A DNA stretch of 64,000 nucleotides from Mustelus asterias (taxonomy: Eukaryota): assembly GCF_964213995.1 (NCBI RefSeq), contig NC_135818.1, positions 61,690,001 to 61,754,000 on the forward strand, given 5' to 3'. The position numbers and the translations under genes are program-made. The notes beneath the pieces are model-generated. The model was not told where the DNA came from, made no database searches, and saw only the letters and a program-made list of their open reading frames with translations. This document shows, piece after piece, positions 1 through 12,014 of this stretch. How positions within the stretch are numbered: the stretch's first letter is position 1; each line of letters begins with the position of its first letter.

Positions 1-62
1 GACCATGGTTCACCCCCCGCCTGTTACGATTCCCGTGCTGGGCGGGACGGGAGAATTCCCCC
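1..62. mobile_element. Partial short GC-rich MITE (family also at 9204, 22972, 44411, 52357, 61201)
   Basis: Shares 'ccatggt...gattcccgtg...gggcgggacgggagaattccc' with the other copies; truncated by the window edge. Confidence 0.55.
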
Positions 63-69
63 CATTATT

Positions 70-580
70 TCATTGAGGCAGTTCAGAGAAGGTTCATTAG
101 GATGATCCCTGGTTTGGAGGAGTTGTCTTATGAGGAAAAGTTAAACAGGTCAGGACTCTACTCATTGGAATTTAGAAGAAGGTGACGGGATCTCATTGAA
201 GCATATCGGATTCTTAAGGGAACTTGACAGGGTGAATGCTGAGAGGATGTTTCCCCCTCATGGAAGAGTCTAGGACCAGAGGGCGTGGTCTCAGAATAAA
301 GGGCTGCCAATTTAAGACTGAGATCAGGAAGAATTTCTTCTCTCAGAGGGATGTGAGTCTTTGGAACTCCTTGTCACAGAGAGCAGTGGGGGCAGAGTCT
401 TTTCGTATGTTTAAGGTTGAGATTGATTTTTGATCAGTAAGGGAATCAAGGGTTATGGGGAAAGGGCAGGAAAGTGAACGTGAGGAATGTCGGGTCAGCC
501 ATGATCCTATTGAATGGTGGAACAGGCTCAAGTGGCCAAATGGCCTACGCCTGTTCCTATTTCTTTTGGTCTTATGGCCT
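70..580 (+). mobile_element. CR1 LINE 3' fragment (ORF2 C-terminus and 3' UTR)
   Basis: Encodes ..ESRTRG..KTEIRKNFFSQR.V.LWNSL; 3' end 'ggccaaatggcctacgcctgttcctat'. Confidence 0.9.
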
Positions 581-646
581 TACAAATCACTTTCTTTGTT
601 CGAAGGATACTTGTCACAATTATCATTACATGAATGTTTTGAATTA

Positions 647-1112
647 TGAGCTGAACTCAAAAGATGAGGTGAGAGTGACTGCCCTTGACATCAAGGCTCC
701 ATTTGACTGAAAGTTTATGTCTTAGTGTCACAAGTTGGCTTACATTAACATTGCAATGAAGTTACTGTGAAAATCCCCTAGTTGCCACACTCCGGCACCT
801 GTTTGGGTACACTGAGGGAGAATTTAGCGCAGCAATGCACCTAACCAGCATATCTTTGAACTGTGGGAGGAAACTGGAGCACCCGGTGGAAACCCACGTA
901 GACACGGGGAGAACATGCAGAACTCCACACAGACAGTGACCTAAGCTGGGAATTGAACCCGGGTCCCTGACGCTGTGAGGCAGCAGTGCTAACCACTGTG
1001 CCACCGTGCCACTCCTAATGTGGCATGAAGGAGCACACATTTGGACCAAGGCTGTAATGAGGTCAGGGGCTGACTGGCCCTGACCCTGACCTTGACCCTG
1101 AGTGTACTGGGT
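647..1112. mobile_element. CR1/L2-like RT fragment, internally inverted and split by a SINE
   Basis: + strand ELNSKDEVRVTALDIKAPFD (647-709) and WHEGA (~1021-1035); - strand GQSAPDLITALVQ (~1037-1080). Confidence 0.6.
710..1010 (-). mobile_element. HE1-type tRNA-derived SINE, alternative-tail variant
   Basis: Head 'ggcacggtggcacagtggttagcactgctgcctcac', core 'gtgggtttccaccgggtgctcc', tail 'ttttcacagtaacttcattgc...aaacttt'. Confidence 0.9.
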
Positions 1113-1684
1113 TCCAGATTCCTCTTGCGTCCTGCCATTCATACATATTATCAAAGTAATAGTTGCATTTGATGTTGAGTTTCAACATATTCATCCTTTC
1201 GTGATGCAACATCTGAGGAAGGAAGATCAGACAGTCCAGAGAACTCCATCTGGTCTCAGATGGCAGTGAATTAAGAACAGGGCAAAGATACCCCAAGGTT
1301 TCCTTGTGATGACCAGAGGAGCACTCCCTTTCCTCATTACCCACAAGAAAATCAAGACTTCTACTTCCTATGGAGGGAGGGTTGGTAACCAGAGGACACA
1401 TATTTAAGGCAATTGGCAGGAAGGCCATAGGTGAGATGAGGAGAGAGTTTCCATGCAGCAAGTTGCAAGAATTCACTGCCTACTGGAGTGTTGAAGCATG
1501 TTCAATAATAACTTTCAATTGCAAACATTTGCTGCATGTTCTGTTTCGTAGAACTTTATGTGGAAGTCATTTCCCATTCTGTTTACACTATCTTCTGAAT
1601 GACGTCAAAATAGTGAAAAAAATATTCAGGAAAAGACTAACCTCAAAACAGAATAAATGCTGCATGCTGCAGAAAGTGCTGCAG

Positions 1685-2140
1685 AGAGAGAGATCAAGCA
1701 GTGAGCATTAGCAGAGAGGGAAGGGTTATTGAAGAAGGCCAGAGAGTTCACAGTGTTGGAGAGAGAGAGAGATTAAAGGCAAGAGGAGATCATAGGTAGA
1801 GATTGAACAGATGGAAGAAGAGATTGCAGCTCAAGATTGTTGAGGGCAGGAAGAGATCACAAGTAGAGATTGTGGGGAGAGCAAGATCGCAGAGCGGGAA
1901 GAAGAGGTTGGGCAGTGGGAGGGAGAGATTGTAGAGAGGGAGATAAAGATCACGAAGAGAGAGGGATTGCAGTAGAGAGATTGAGGAGAGGCAGGTCACA
2001 TAGAGGGAGGGACAGATCCTGGGGTGGGTGGAAAGGGGAGAGAAGGAGATTTTAGAGAGCAAGGGCTTGTAGGGGAGAGATCAAGTAGCATGAGAGAGAT
2101 ATCACAGAGGAGAGATCCTGGGGGAGAGGCCGAGAGTAAG
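1685..2140 (+). repeat. Purine-rich (GAGA/GAGATT) low-complexity tract; resumes at ~2904-2965
   Basis: Degenerate 'gagagatt/gagagatc' units, very A/G rich. Confidence 0.75.
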
Positions 2141-2149
2141 AAACTGGGG

Positions 2150-2903
2150 TCTTTGTTTTCTACATAATGCAGTATCTTGCTAGGATTTGCTAAGCAGCAA
2201 TAATTCTCTGTTTCGAAAGAAGGTTTTGACACAGTTTGACCTCTGAACAGACCCAGTCCAGGCTGCCATGTTGACAATCCTAAGCTGCCGGATGGTGCGT
2301 TATATACCCGCTTACCTAGGCAATTGTTGAGGAAGGACCAGGATATGACTTTCAGGATGCAAAGCTGACCTCGAGCAGGATGACGAACAAGGAGGGTGAT
2401 AACAACCCTGACAGTTTGGATCCCTAATCTGTAACCATTAGTCAGAATTGTTTGAATAGATGACTGGCACTGGATAAGCTAGCAGCCCCCAGAGAAAGGG
2501 CATATTAACAAGTGCTCAAACACATGGGTTGAATCATATACTGGCGAGGTGCCGGGGAGGTTGCAGTGCTCATCAGTAGCTGGTGCCTTAAGATGAACGA
2601 GGAGGAGGATGGTGCGATCAACCCACTCTGTGTCAAACAGTTTGTCCGCCCTCTAGAACCCAAGTCATGGCTTGTATCATTTTTCTGTCTAATTCGTTAA
2701 TGTATCATATCAGGGAGACACGGTGGCATAGCAGTTAGCACTGCTGCCTCACAGCTCCAGGGACCCAGGTTCAATTTCTCTCTATTTCAGATTCTATCTA
2801 AACTGTTGCTTCTTAATAAACGTAACAAACGATCTTAAAATTACTTATGACTAGTTGACTGCCTATTTGGGTATCTATGGCTCCAAACCTCTGGAAACAT
2901 TAC
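2150..2903 (+). mobile_element. Probable LTR-like element containing an HE1 head fragment (2713-2777)
   Basis: Interrupts the purine tract, has TATA-like and AATAAA motifs, ends in 'cattaca'; left edge uncertain. Confidence 0.35.
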
Positions 2904-3600
2904 AAGAGGGAGAGAGAGATTTGAGAAGTGGAAAGAAACATCGTGGAGAGGAAGGGGGCAGAGTTGGAGACGTTTGTTACGGTCCCTGTAGGGACCGCTA
3001 ACTTTTAAAAAGATATTTGAATTTCCAGCGGCCAACTTAAAAGAATTGCACAACAGGATTTCCAACTTTTAAGTGTTTTACTGTCACAAACAAATCAAAA
3101 GAAACATTGACAAAACAAATCTTAAGGAGGCAACTAATAGACTCTACAGAAAATATAACCTTCCATTAACTTTTAACATGGCTGAAAACTTCATGCCAGA
3201 GCTATATTTTATGTCTATTTTATGCACAATAACCATTTTCCAAATGTAATGCAGAAAAAAGCACACTGAAAGCCTGAAGATTCAATTTCCGCAATTCTTT
3301 ACTCCACTGACATCAAACGTATTAAGTTAAAAAAGATATTTTAAGGAGACAAAATTTGAGCCCAACTCCGAAATCAAACTGTTCAGAGTTGACCAACCAT
3401 CTGCAACATGCTCGATCACCCCACAGGCCTGCCAAAGCTGCTCCAAAAATCCAAGGAAACTCCAGGCACAGATAAGGCAACCTACACCACCCCCCACCAC
3501 CCCCCCAAACACCCAACCCTGCACTGCCATTGACACCAACCAGGAGAGCTGCGCCTGACTTGGTCAACAGCTACCATGGCGACCACAGGGCCTAGCATCT

Positions 3601-3825
3601 AGGCCGATTTCCCCCAATCTCACCAATGCAGAAGTGCCATGCAGAGGTCAGGGAGACACCATGACTCCCTTGCTACAATAAGAACTAGTCCAACAATATT
3701 CCCAGTTCCAATAGGTTTGCTTCTGGGCGCACTTAGGTGAATTTCCGGCTGGACACTGGTAGCGAATCCCGCCACAGCCCTCCCGCTTACTCAAGCAGCG
3801 CAGTGGGCCAGGAAAATTGTGCCCA
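3601..3825. mobile_element. Short Harbinger-like TIR element (MITE)
   Basis: Ends 'ggccgatttcccc' and 'ggaaaattgtgccc', like the other GGGC-terminated elements. Confidence 0.45.
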
Positions 3826-4415
3826 TAGTTCTTGATTTTATTGATATTCTGAAAGCTATTTTCACTTTGTTTATGCAGCGATGATGAAGGTTCAATTGTT
3901 ACAGTACAGTAATGATGGTACATGTCTTACATCATTTGGAACGGTTAACATCCACAGACAAATGAACTGGTGACATTAATAATTAATGAGGATAATAAAT
4001 TGCAAATGTAATGCTGGAGGCAGTAAGTTGGCTAGCTTTACCTGCGAGCACAATATTCAGTTCCCCCCAGCTTGTTCTTGTAATCGCTTCCTGTTATGCA
4101 TCTTAGTGTATTTGTTAATAATAGCAATGTACAATGACTTATTTTCGATACAAAATGTAAACCTTTTAGACAGTGTCAAAAGGGCAAATTAGCCCAGTAA
4201 TTGCTGTGGGCGATAATAGCAGATAAATACTTAATGAGTTCGCCCGGCAGTTCAGTGGCAGCATTTATTAACCTCTCCATTAAAATAATAGAGAAGAATA
4301 CTATTTATATTTATCATGAGCTTGTCCATTCTTATTGCGAACAATAATTTCCAACCTGGTATTGCATTGTACGCACAGCACCGAGGCATGCTGATCCTTC
4401 ATCTCGCACCATATT

Positions 4416-4492
4416 TTAGGGGATTTTTACAGTAACTTCATTGCAGTGTTAACGTAAGTCTACTCGTGACACTAATAAATAAACTTAAACTT
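4416..4492 (+). mobile_element. Isolated 3' tail of the alternative-tail SINE or its partner LINE
   Basis: 'tagggatttttacagtaacttcattgcagtgttaacgtaagtctactcgtgacactaataaataaactt'-type tail without a SINE head. Confidence 0.8.
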
Positions 4493-4804
4493 AATATTTT
4501 GATTTTGACAATGTTGATTTGCCTTTACCTCTCTTGAAGTTACTGAAAAAATATTTGCAATCGTTACATTGGCAGCCCCTCAAGCAAAGACAACCCAACC
4601 TGATTCTGAACTACCATGTATATTGCAAGAGCCTCTCTGCTGCCCTCTCTGTTGGGGATGTGTAAATAAAATTAGTTCAATAATGGCTGCCTTTTCTTCA
4701 GTGCAATACAGAGCAATGCGATAGGGAGATAATTTTATATTCTGAACAACAAATGCCTCGTTAGTTACATCTTTGCAATTGTTTGGTTCTTAAGACAACA
4801 TCTT

Positions 4805-5205
4805 GTCAGAATTTTCTTCCAACATACCCACACACAGAGAGGGTGCTCATTGAGAGGTCTGGAACCCGTTTGTCATTGAAGTGGACTTTGCTGAGGCTTT
4901 TTAACTGATCCATGTCATTAGTGCCCTGCTTCCAGATTGCCTGACCAATCAGAGGAGGCAGGCGGTTTGACTCTGTCAAAAGGAAGGCTTCTGCAGCCAC
5001 AGCAATGGAAAGGAGACCTGGGAAGACTGTCCTCGGGGCCTCTAATGTTCACCTGGACCTCCTGCTGCAGGAAATGAGAAACTGCAGAGAGGTGATGTTT
5101 CCCAAGGATGGGAAGAAGAAGGCAGTCTCGCAGACCAGGCAGAGGGTGATAAAATGGCAGACACAGTAGCAGCAGGAGTGTGGTTACTCGATTCTGGAGA
5201 CAGTG
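4805..5205 (+). mobile_element. Decayed Harbinger/PIF element with Myb/SANT-like ORF remnant
   Basis: From ~5005: MERRPGKTVLGASNVHLDLLLQEMRNCREVMFPKDGKKK..., then frameshifted VVTRFWRQC, resembling the MSANT consensus. Confidence 0.55.
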
Positions 5206-6050
5206 CTCCAAGTGGATCATGGACTTCGGGAAGGCAGGAAATGTGAATGGCACAGCACTTTCAAATGGCAAGCTCTGACTTTCCCACGGAACTTCCCTGT
5301 CAGCATTCCACAGGGACCACTCTCTCCCTGACACCCTGGTCCATTCCTCCATCATGCCCAACTCCCCATCCCCTTCCCAAGGTATCTACTCTTGTAATTG
5401 CAGAAGGTGCAACACCTGCCTCTTTACGTCCTCCCTCCTCACCATTCAAGACTCCAAACACTCCTTTCAGGTGAAGAAGCATTCCACTGCCATCAATTTA
5501 GTCTACTGTATTTGCTGCTCCCAATATGGTCTCCTCTACATTGGGGAGACTAAACGGAGACCTAGTGACCGCTTTGCAGCGCACCTTCACTCGGTCCGCA
5601 AGCACAACCCCGGCTTTCCTGTTGCTTGCCATTTTAAGTCAGCACCTTGCTCTCTTGCCCACATGTCTGTCTTTGGCCTGCTGCAATGCTCCAGTGAAGA
5701 CCAACACAAACTGGAGAAGCAGCATCTCATCCTCTGGTTGGGCATATTTGCAACCCTTGGGACTCAACGTTGAGTTTGACAACTTTAGATGGTGACCCTT
5801 CTCCTCCATCTTAAACCCTTTATTTAAAATATCCCATACATGTATCGCCTCCCCCCTCCCACACCAGGCCATCTGTCTTTTGTTCTTAAAGTCACTGTTT
5901 TTTGTTGTAATCTCTTACAGTTTGAACACATTCTCCCTCCCTTCACTTCTGATGAGGAGATAAAGGGATTCAAAACATGAACTCTGCTTTCTCTCCTGAC
6001 AGTTACTGCCAGACCTGCTGAGTTTTTCCAGCATTCTGTGATCTTGTTTG
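5206..6050 (+). mobile_element. Penelope-like element 3' part with GIY-YIG endonuclease
   Basis: ORF 5354-5773: C..RCNTC...NLVYCICCSQYGLLYIGETKRR..DRFAAHL..VACHF; 3' end with degenerate hammerhead 'ctgatgag' and 'ctgccagacctgctgag'. Confidence 0.9.
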
Positions 6051-6757
6051 ATTTGATTTGATTTATTATTGTCACATGTATTAGTATACAGTTAAAAGTA
6101 TTGTTTCTTGCACACTATACAGACAAAACATACCATACATAGGGAAGGAAAGGAGAGAGTGCAGAATGTAGTGTTACAGCTATCGCTAGGGTGTAGAGAA
6201 AGTTCAACTTAATGTGAGGTAGGTCCATTCAAAAGTCTGATGGCACCAGGGAAGAAGCTGTTTTTGAGACGGTTAGTACATGATCTCAGACTTTTGTATT
6301 TTTTTCCCGTTGGAAGAAGGTGGAAGAGAGAATGTCCGGGGTGCGTGGGGTCTTATGCTAGCTGCTTTTCCAAGGAAGAGCCAATACTTGGGAGGCTGGA
6401 TTGAGTGATGGACTGGGCTTTGTTTACAACCATTTGTAGTTTCTTGCAGTCTTGGACAGAGCAAGAGCCATACTAAGCTGTCATACAGATGGAAAGAATG
6501 CTTCCTATGGTGCATCTATAGAAATTGGTGAGAGTTGTAGCAGATATGCCAAATTTCCTTAGTTTCCTGTGAAAGTAGAGGCGTTGGTGGGCTTTCTTAG
6601 TTATAGTGTCCGCATGGAGGGACCAGGACAGGTTGTTGGTGATCTGGACACCTAAAACCTTGAAGCTTTCGACCATTTCTACTTTGCCTCCGTTGACGTA
6701 GACAGGGGCATGTCCTCCACTACGCTTCCTGAAGTCGATGACTGTCTCTTTTGTTTT
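6051..6757 (-). mobile_element. Rex1/Babar-type LINE 3' fragment
   Basis: KTKETVIDFRK..VEMVESFKVLGVQITNNLSWS..KKAHQRLYF..FYRCTI; (ATCAA)n tail. Confidence 0.9.
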
Positions 6758-6759
6758 CA

Positions 6760-7480
6760 GATGAAGGCATACAAAAATTGAAACCATGTGCAAGAACAAG
6801 CCAGGGGGTTCTCTACCACGGCCTACTGCAAGCCTACCTTAATTGGTTGGGATCCATGCACTATAAGATTGCCCTTATCAGCAAATAGTGCCAGAGCCAT
6901 TCGCTCACTATTCCAGCTTGATGCTGAAATAGGGGATATCTAAGACATCCTGCGGGATAATGGTGACCCTGATCATGTCATTTTGCGTTGTATATCATAC
7001 AAACTTATGAACGGGCCTAAGACCATCACTTGCGGCTCTGAAAAGTGCCCAGTCTATCTCAGACTACCCTGCAATGGCAGATATCTCAAAAATTTAAGCA
7101 ACAGGTGAAGCTAGATCTTTCATGCTGTTACGATGCAGGAGCAACACAAGTGGTGTTCGTCACTCACAGGATACAGCCGTCAAACCTATCACACAAATGA
7201 GTGTCAGCCTGATGCGAGGTATGTAGGTCGTACATCCCAAAGACTGTCGATCATATCAAACAGCCTGTCCCTCCCGCTGTTCACAATGGGAAAGGTACAG
7301 ACCGTACCCGAACTGCCCGTGTTTACAAAACACAAAACACAGTGTCCCACTGTGATTCCGCAATTGGACAACATTTGCTAAATAATCCTCTGTATGTCCT
7401 GTTCTTTGCAAACAGAAAGAACAGGTATACATATTGCATCTGTTTCAGCTAAACAAAATAAGTGATAGCCATGAGCTGGT
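6760..7480 (+). mobile_element. Decayed Penelope-like element, second family
   Basis: Remnants such as YKIALIS..A.AI..L..NG.P and C..DARYVGRTSQRL (GIY-YIG type). Confidence 0.65.
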
Positions 7481-7574
7481 TCTTTTGCTAAAAGTTAATC
7501 GGCAGTCCTGTGACATTGCTCATCCAGGTCTCTAAACAAAAAATACTCTTGTCTCGGAACCAGAATGTTGTATT

Positions 7575-7830
7575 CTCACTTGAGCACTAAAACGGAGGTT
7601 AACACTGCAGTGTAAGTACTGAGGGGGGTACGGCACTCTGAGATGCTGATGAGGAGAAACCAAGATCTAGTTGTCCACCCTCTCAAGCTGATGCATGAGA
7701 TCCCAACGCATCAAATAAGAGCAGGTGAGTTATCCCTGGTTTCCTGGACAATATTTATCCCTCAATCCCTCAATCACATCACAAAACACATTGGCTGTAA
7801 TACACTGGAAAAGTGATATATAAATGCAAT
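7575..7830 (+). mobile_element. Deu-domain SINE (SacSINE1/AmnSINE-like), decayed
   Basis: 'acactgcagtg..gtactgagggg...gatccca...aagagcagg..agttatccctgg..tcctggacaatatttatccctcaa'. Confidence 0.6.
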
Positions 7831-8149
7831 GCTTATTTTCCTTTATTTATTAAACTTTTTATCAACTTGCCCTGAGATCTTCAAAGATTTGTGCAGCGTA
7901 GGTGACAACTCAGATGTCTCTGTTCCTTGCCCCTCCTTAAAATTGTTCCAATTGTATGTGGAAAAGGCAGGAGAATGGCACCAAGTCACAATGCTCATTT
8001 GGAGAGAGTCGGTGCAGACATAATGGGCTGAATGGCCTCCTCCTGCACCATAACAGTTCTGTGATTTGTTTATGTTATCATTGTTCATTATCTTTCCCAA
8101 AACATATCACTTCCTAGGAAATCGTTACCTACAGGATCTCAAACTATAA

Positions 8150-8430
8150 GGTCCACCACAGCAGATGATGAATAAACTAAAAAAATCTGGAATCAGAAAA
8201 GTCTAATGCTGACTATGAAACCATTATCGATTGTCATTAAAAGCCCAGCTGGTTCACTGATGTCCTTTAGGGAATCACATCCATCATCCTTACCTGGTCT
8301 GACCTACACCTGACTCTAGATCCACAGTAATGTGGTTGACTCTTAAATGCCCTCTGAAGTGGAGGGCAGTTAGGGATGGGCAATAAATGCTGGCTCAGCA
8401 AACGATGCCCACATTCCATGAATGAATTTC
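8150..8430 (+). mobile_element. tRNA-derived SINE 'family B' (5' truncated)
   Basis: 'atgaaaccatt..cgattg...ggttcact.atgtcctttaggg...tagggatgggcaataaatgctggc'. Confidence 0.8.
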
Positions 8431-8499
8431 TTTTTAATGTGAGAATTTAACAGGAAAGCAGCAGTTATAGCTCCCATATTAGAAACACATGTGGGATTT

Positions 8500-8972
8500 G
8501 ACCACAAGACCATAAGACCGTAAGACATAGGAGCAGAATTAGGCCACTCGGCCCATCGAGTCTGCTCCGCCATTCAACCATGGCTGATATTTTTCTCATC
8601 CCCATTCTCCTGCCTTTTCCCCATAACCCCTGATCCTCTTATTAATCAAGAACCTATCTATCTCTGTCTTAAAGACACTCAATGACCTGGCCTCCACAGC
8701 CTTCTGCGGCAAAGAGTTTCACAGATTCACCACTCTCTGGCTGAAGAAATTCCTCCTGATCTCTGTTTTAAAGGGTCGTCTCTTTAGCCTGAGGTTGTGC
8801 CCTCTGGTTCTAGTTTTTCCTATTTGTGGAAAGATCCTCTCCACGTCCACTCTATCCAGGCCTCGCAGTATCCTGTAAGTTTCAATAAGATCCCCCCTCA
8901 TCCTTCTAAACTCCAACGAGTACAGACCCAGAGTCCTCAACCATTCCTCATACGACAAGCTCTTCATTCCAA
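8500..8972 (-). mobile_element. CR1 LINE 3' fragment
   Basis: LSYEEWLRTLGLYSLEFRRMRGDLIETYRILRGLDRVD; (CATAAGAC)n tail. Confidence 0.92.
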
Positions 8973-9203
8973 GAATAATTTTTGTGATCAGGTGGCGAGT
9001 GTGGAGAAAAACCCCAGTGGGAACTTGATGGACTGAATGAGGGTTGTTTTTGCTGTAATGTTGCATGGCCCTTGTGCCCAGCCTTGATAGAATTTGAGTG
9101 GAGAGCTAGAAATTTAAGAAATGGAAATAGATCAGATTACCTTTTCCCATCCTGACATCAAATCACATTGCTGTATTCATAAAGCTGACCAAAGTGCTGT
9201 CAT

Positions 9204-9331
9204 AGGGCAGGATTTTCCAGTTGCACTCGCCCCGAAACCAGAAAGTCCCGCCCGAGGTCAATGGGCCTTTCCATGGTCTGCCCCTCGCCCGCTATGATTC
9301 CTGTGGCTGGCAGAACGGGAAGATACACCCC
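9204..9331. mobile_element. ~125-bp MITE
   Basis: Starts 'gggcaggattttcc', core 'cccgcccgaggtcaatgg', imperfect TIR. Confidence 0.7.
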
Positions 9332-10162
9332 ATGTGATTTACAAGATGACCGTGTCCCTTTAAGTAGCAGTTTGCCATTGGAACAGAGAAGTAACAAATA
9401 CCATTTTTTTTCCAAAAGAATTGTTGAACCCGAATATTTGTCTTTGGGGAAAACTTTATATAACATGATATAAGTGCTAATAAAATTAAACGATAATAGA
9501 TTCGTCATCACCCTCTGGCTCTTTTATGTAAATGAGACCAGTGAGTATAATTAAAATAATTTTTCACACACTTGTTGCGAAGCCACATTAATTGATGCAG
9601 TAGTGAATGGATGGAACATACTTGAGCTATAAAGTGTGATTTTAACACAGTATTGCTTTAGAATGTGCATTTGAATCAGTTAAGCATTTTAAGGCTGGAC
9701 TTCTAAAGTATCTAATTTTCAAATCCATCATAATTCTAATTATCCAACACACAAATGAATATTCAGACAGCGACATTTTGGAAATTACATGAAATCACAA
9801 TGGAACATAAAATCCTTCTGTAATTAAAGCTATTAATGTAATATATGGACTGTGACTACCTCTGACTATCATTGCTGTGGCTTTGGGTTGATACTTATCA
9901 GGATTCACAGGACAACTACAGCAAAAGCAGCAATAATATAGACTTGGTAACATTTATTTATTCCTATCATCACAGCTAGTTATCATCCATATATCTTCAA
10001 GCATTCATTACAAGTGTAATATATTCAACAGGTTGTGGTATATCTTATATCTCTGATTTATCTTGGAGCAATGTAGAGATGACACTTGTTCCAAATCTAC
10101 AACAGGTTTATTTATAATACTTGAAAATATCTCAGAACGTACTGAATTTCCTACACACACAT

Positions 10163-10365
10163 GGGCCAGGATTCCCTCCCCCCCCCGCAGCATTATATTT
10201 TCTAGAGACGAATCGCCTTTGGCCATCGATGGGATCTTCTGGTCCCGCTGATTTCTATGGTGTTGTATGGCTCGCCCACCCAACTGCATGGGAACCAGCC
10301 GCCAGGATCACCTTCGGAAGGACTGGAAGATCCCACTGATTGGAAGGTTGGAAAATCCCATCCAT
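10163..10365. mobile_element. Short Harbinger-like TIR element
   Basis: Ends 'gggccaggattccc' and 'ggaaaatcccatcc'; related copy at ~60133-60320. Confidence 0.5.
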
Positions 10366-10973
10366 AGTCTCAGCCCAAAAGCTCCCTGGGAGCTTCTCTG
10401 TTTTAATTAGCTTGCTAGCTCCAGCCTATGATTTAAGCTCTCAAACATAGAAACATAGAAACTAGAAGCAGGAGTAGTGGTGGTACATACATCAATCAGT
10501 TAGTGTAATAACTTAATCAAACACAGATAAATCAAATGACTGAACACTGCTACAAGCAATGCTACAACAATTTATACATCCAGTAATACAGAAATATACA
10601 AGAACAGGAGCGGAATCATATGTCCCATGTTCTTTCTGCCGTTAATAGTGACTACTGTTATCTGTTGTTAATGGATTAGGAACAATTACAAGATGCAGTT
10701 TATCTGGATGTTTGGTTTCCACATTATGGCAATATGAACTCAATGGTGTAATATTACGGAAGGTGGAAAAACAAATAGTCCTGGTGGTGCACGTACACAA
10801 ATCTTTGAAGGTCGTCAGGACCAGAAAGGAACCAGTTCCTCTGGGAGAGAGCCTGGGAGCAGAGTCAGCGAAGTACAATTCTATTTTGCCAACACGCCAC
10901 CCCAGTTATGCGTTCGGAAGCTTTTTCTTTTGGAACTCGTGAAACTCTGAATGTTCGTTGCACATTCTTACAG

Positions 10974-11175
10974 GACGAGCTGCTGATTGTACTGAGAGGA
11001 CAGCAAGAATTAACAACAGTGTTAAATTATTTTGAGGCAGACCCATTCCAGGGTGGTACTGCTGTCTTTGGCCAAATGAGTCGATTTGCAGTGCATTATG
11101 GTGGAAAGGAAGATAACAAATACATTGTGTGGTACAGCAGCTCAATTCTTCTCTCTGGACAATGGAACCAGGCAG
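10974..11175 (+). CDS. Candidate internal coding exon (202 nt) of an unidentified host gene
   Basis: Acceptor 'cacattcttacag|', donor 'cag|gtgatt'; only one open frame: DELLIVLRGQQELTTVLNYFEADPFQGGTAVFGQMSRFAVHYGGKEDNKYIVWYSSSILLSGQWNQA; non-repetitive context. Confidence 0.5.
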
Positions 11176-11649
11176 GTGATTGAGCATGCAATCATCTTTC
11201 CTTAATAGAAGAGCAGGCTCTGCAAAAGCCATTAGTGCTATTAACTGTATTCACGCAGTGATATGAGCTCCCACAGTCAACCCTCAGCATTTTGTTAAAG
11301 AATGGAGTTTTATTCCTTGACTGTGCAACTGGTATCGCCTGAGAATAAAGGCACAGCTTCCTTCATAGTAATGTCAACCACTCAGAGAGCTGCCATAACT
11401 TTCTTTCTGGAGGCTGCTTACAGTCCCGGCTCTCTTTCACACTGAAGGACAAGTCACAGGGTGGATACCTCGGTTACTCGATACTGTTTGAGGAATCACA
11501 CTGTCGTATTTCTGTGACCTCTTCCTCCAGATGAGCTCAGATATGGATGTTTGCTAATCCCGTAGTGAAAAAGATCCCTTGGCCACACTGCCAAGTAATC
11601 ACCTCTCCTCCCTGTGGGAATGACAGTTCACACTACTTGTGTACTGTTT

Positions 11650-11831
11650 CTTAACTTGGCACAGATTTTTTAATTCACTTTGGGGGTTGTGAGGAAGCAC
11701 TAGCAGGCTGATTCTCAACCTATTCAAACCACATCATCAACACTGCCATGCTGGTCAGCAATTCCTGAAGTGGGCCTTGAACCCAGAGCTTCGGGCAGCG
11801 GCTGCCTTCCCTACTGAGTCACAAGACCTCC
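11650..11831 (-). mobile_element. Decayed tRNA-derived SINE, third family
   Basis: Head 'ggaggtcttgtgactcagt' and B-box 'gggttcaag' on - strand; same head as at 41471. Confidence 0.45.
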
Positions 11832-12014
11832 TCTACCTCCTCTATATTGAGTTAGTACAGCTTTCTGCTGAATATGGCTTACATTCTATAAATACAAGGA
11901 TGTGGGTTGATGGAATGTGTAAAAGTCATTCATCCATGTCTTAATCTAGAAGATGTTCGGTTGGACACTGGTGTTTGCAGCAATAAAACAAAGTTGGCCA
12001 TATAACTATACTAA

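Noticed and set aside
5948-5985. Functional hammerhead in the PLE at 5.9 kb (and at ~33.4 kb)
   Set aside because: Catalytic core degenerate: GAAA and stem II are disrupted
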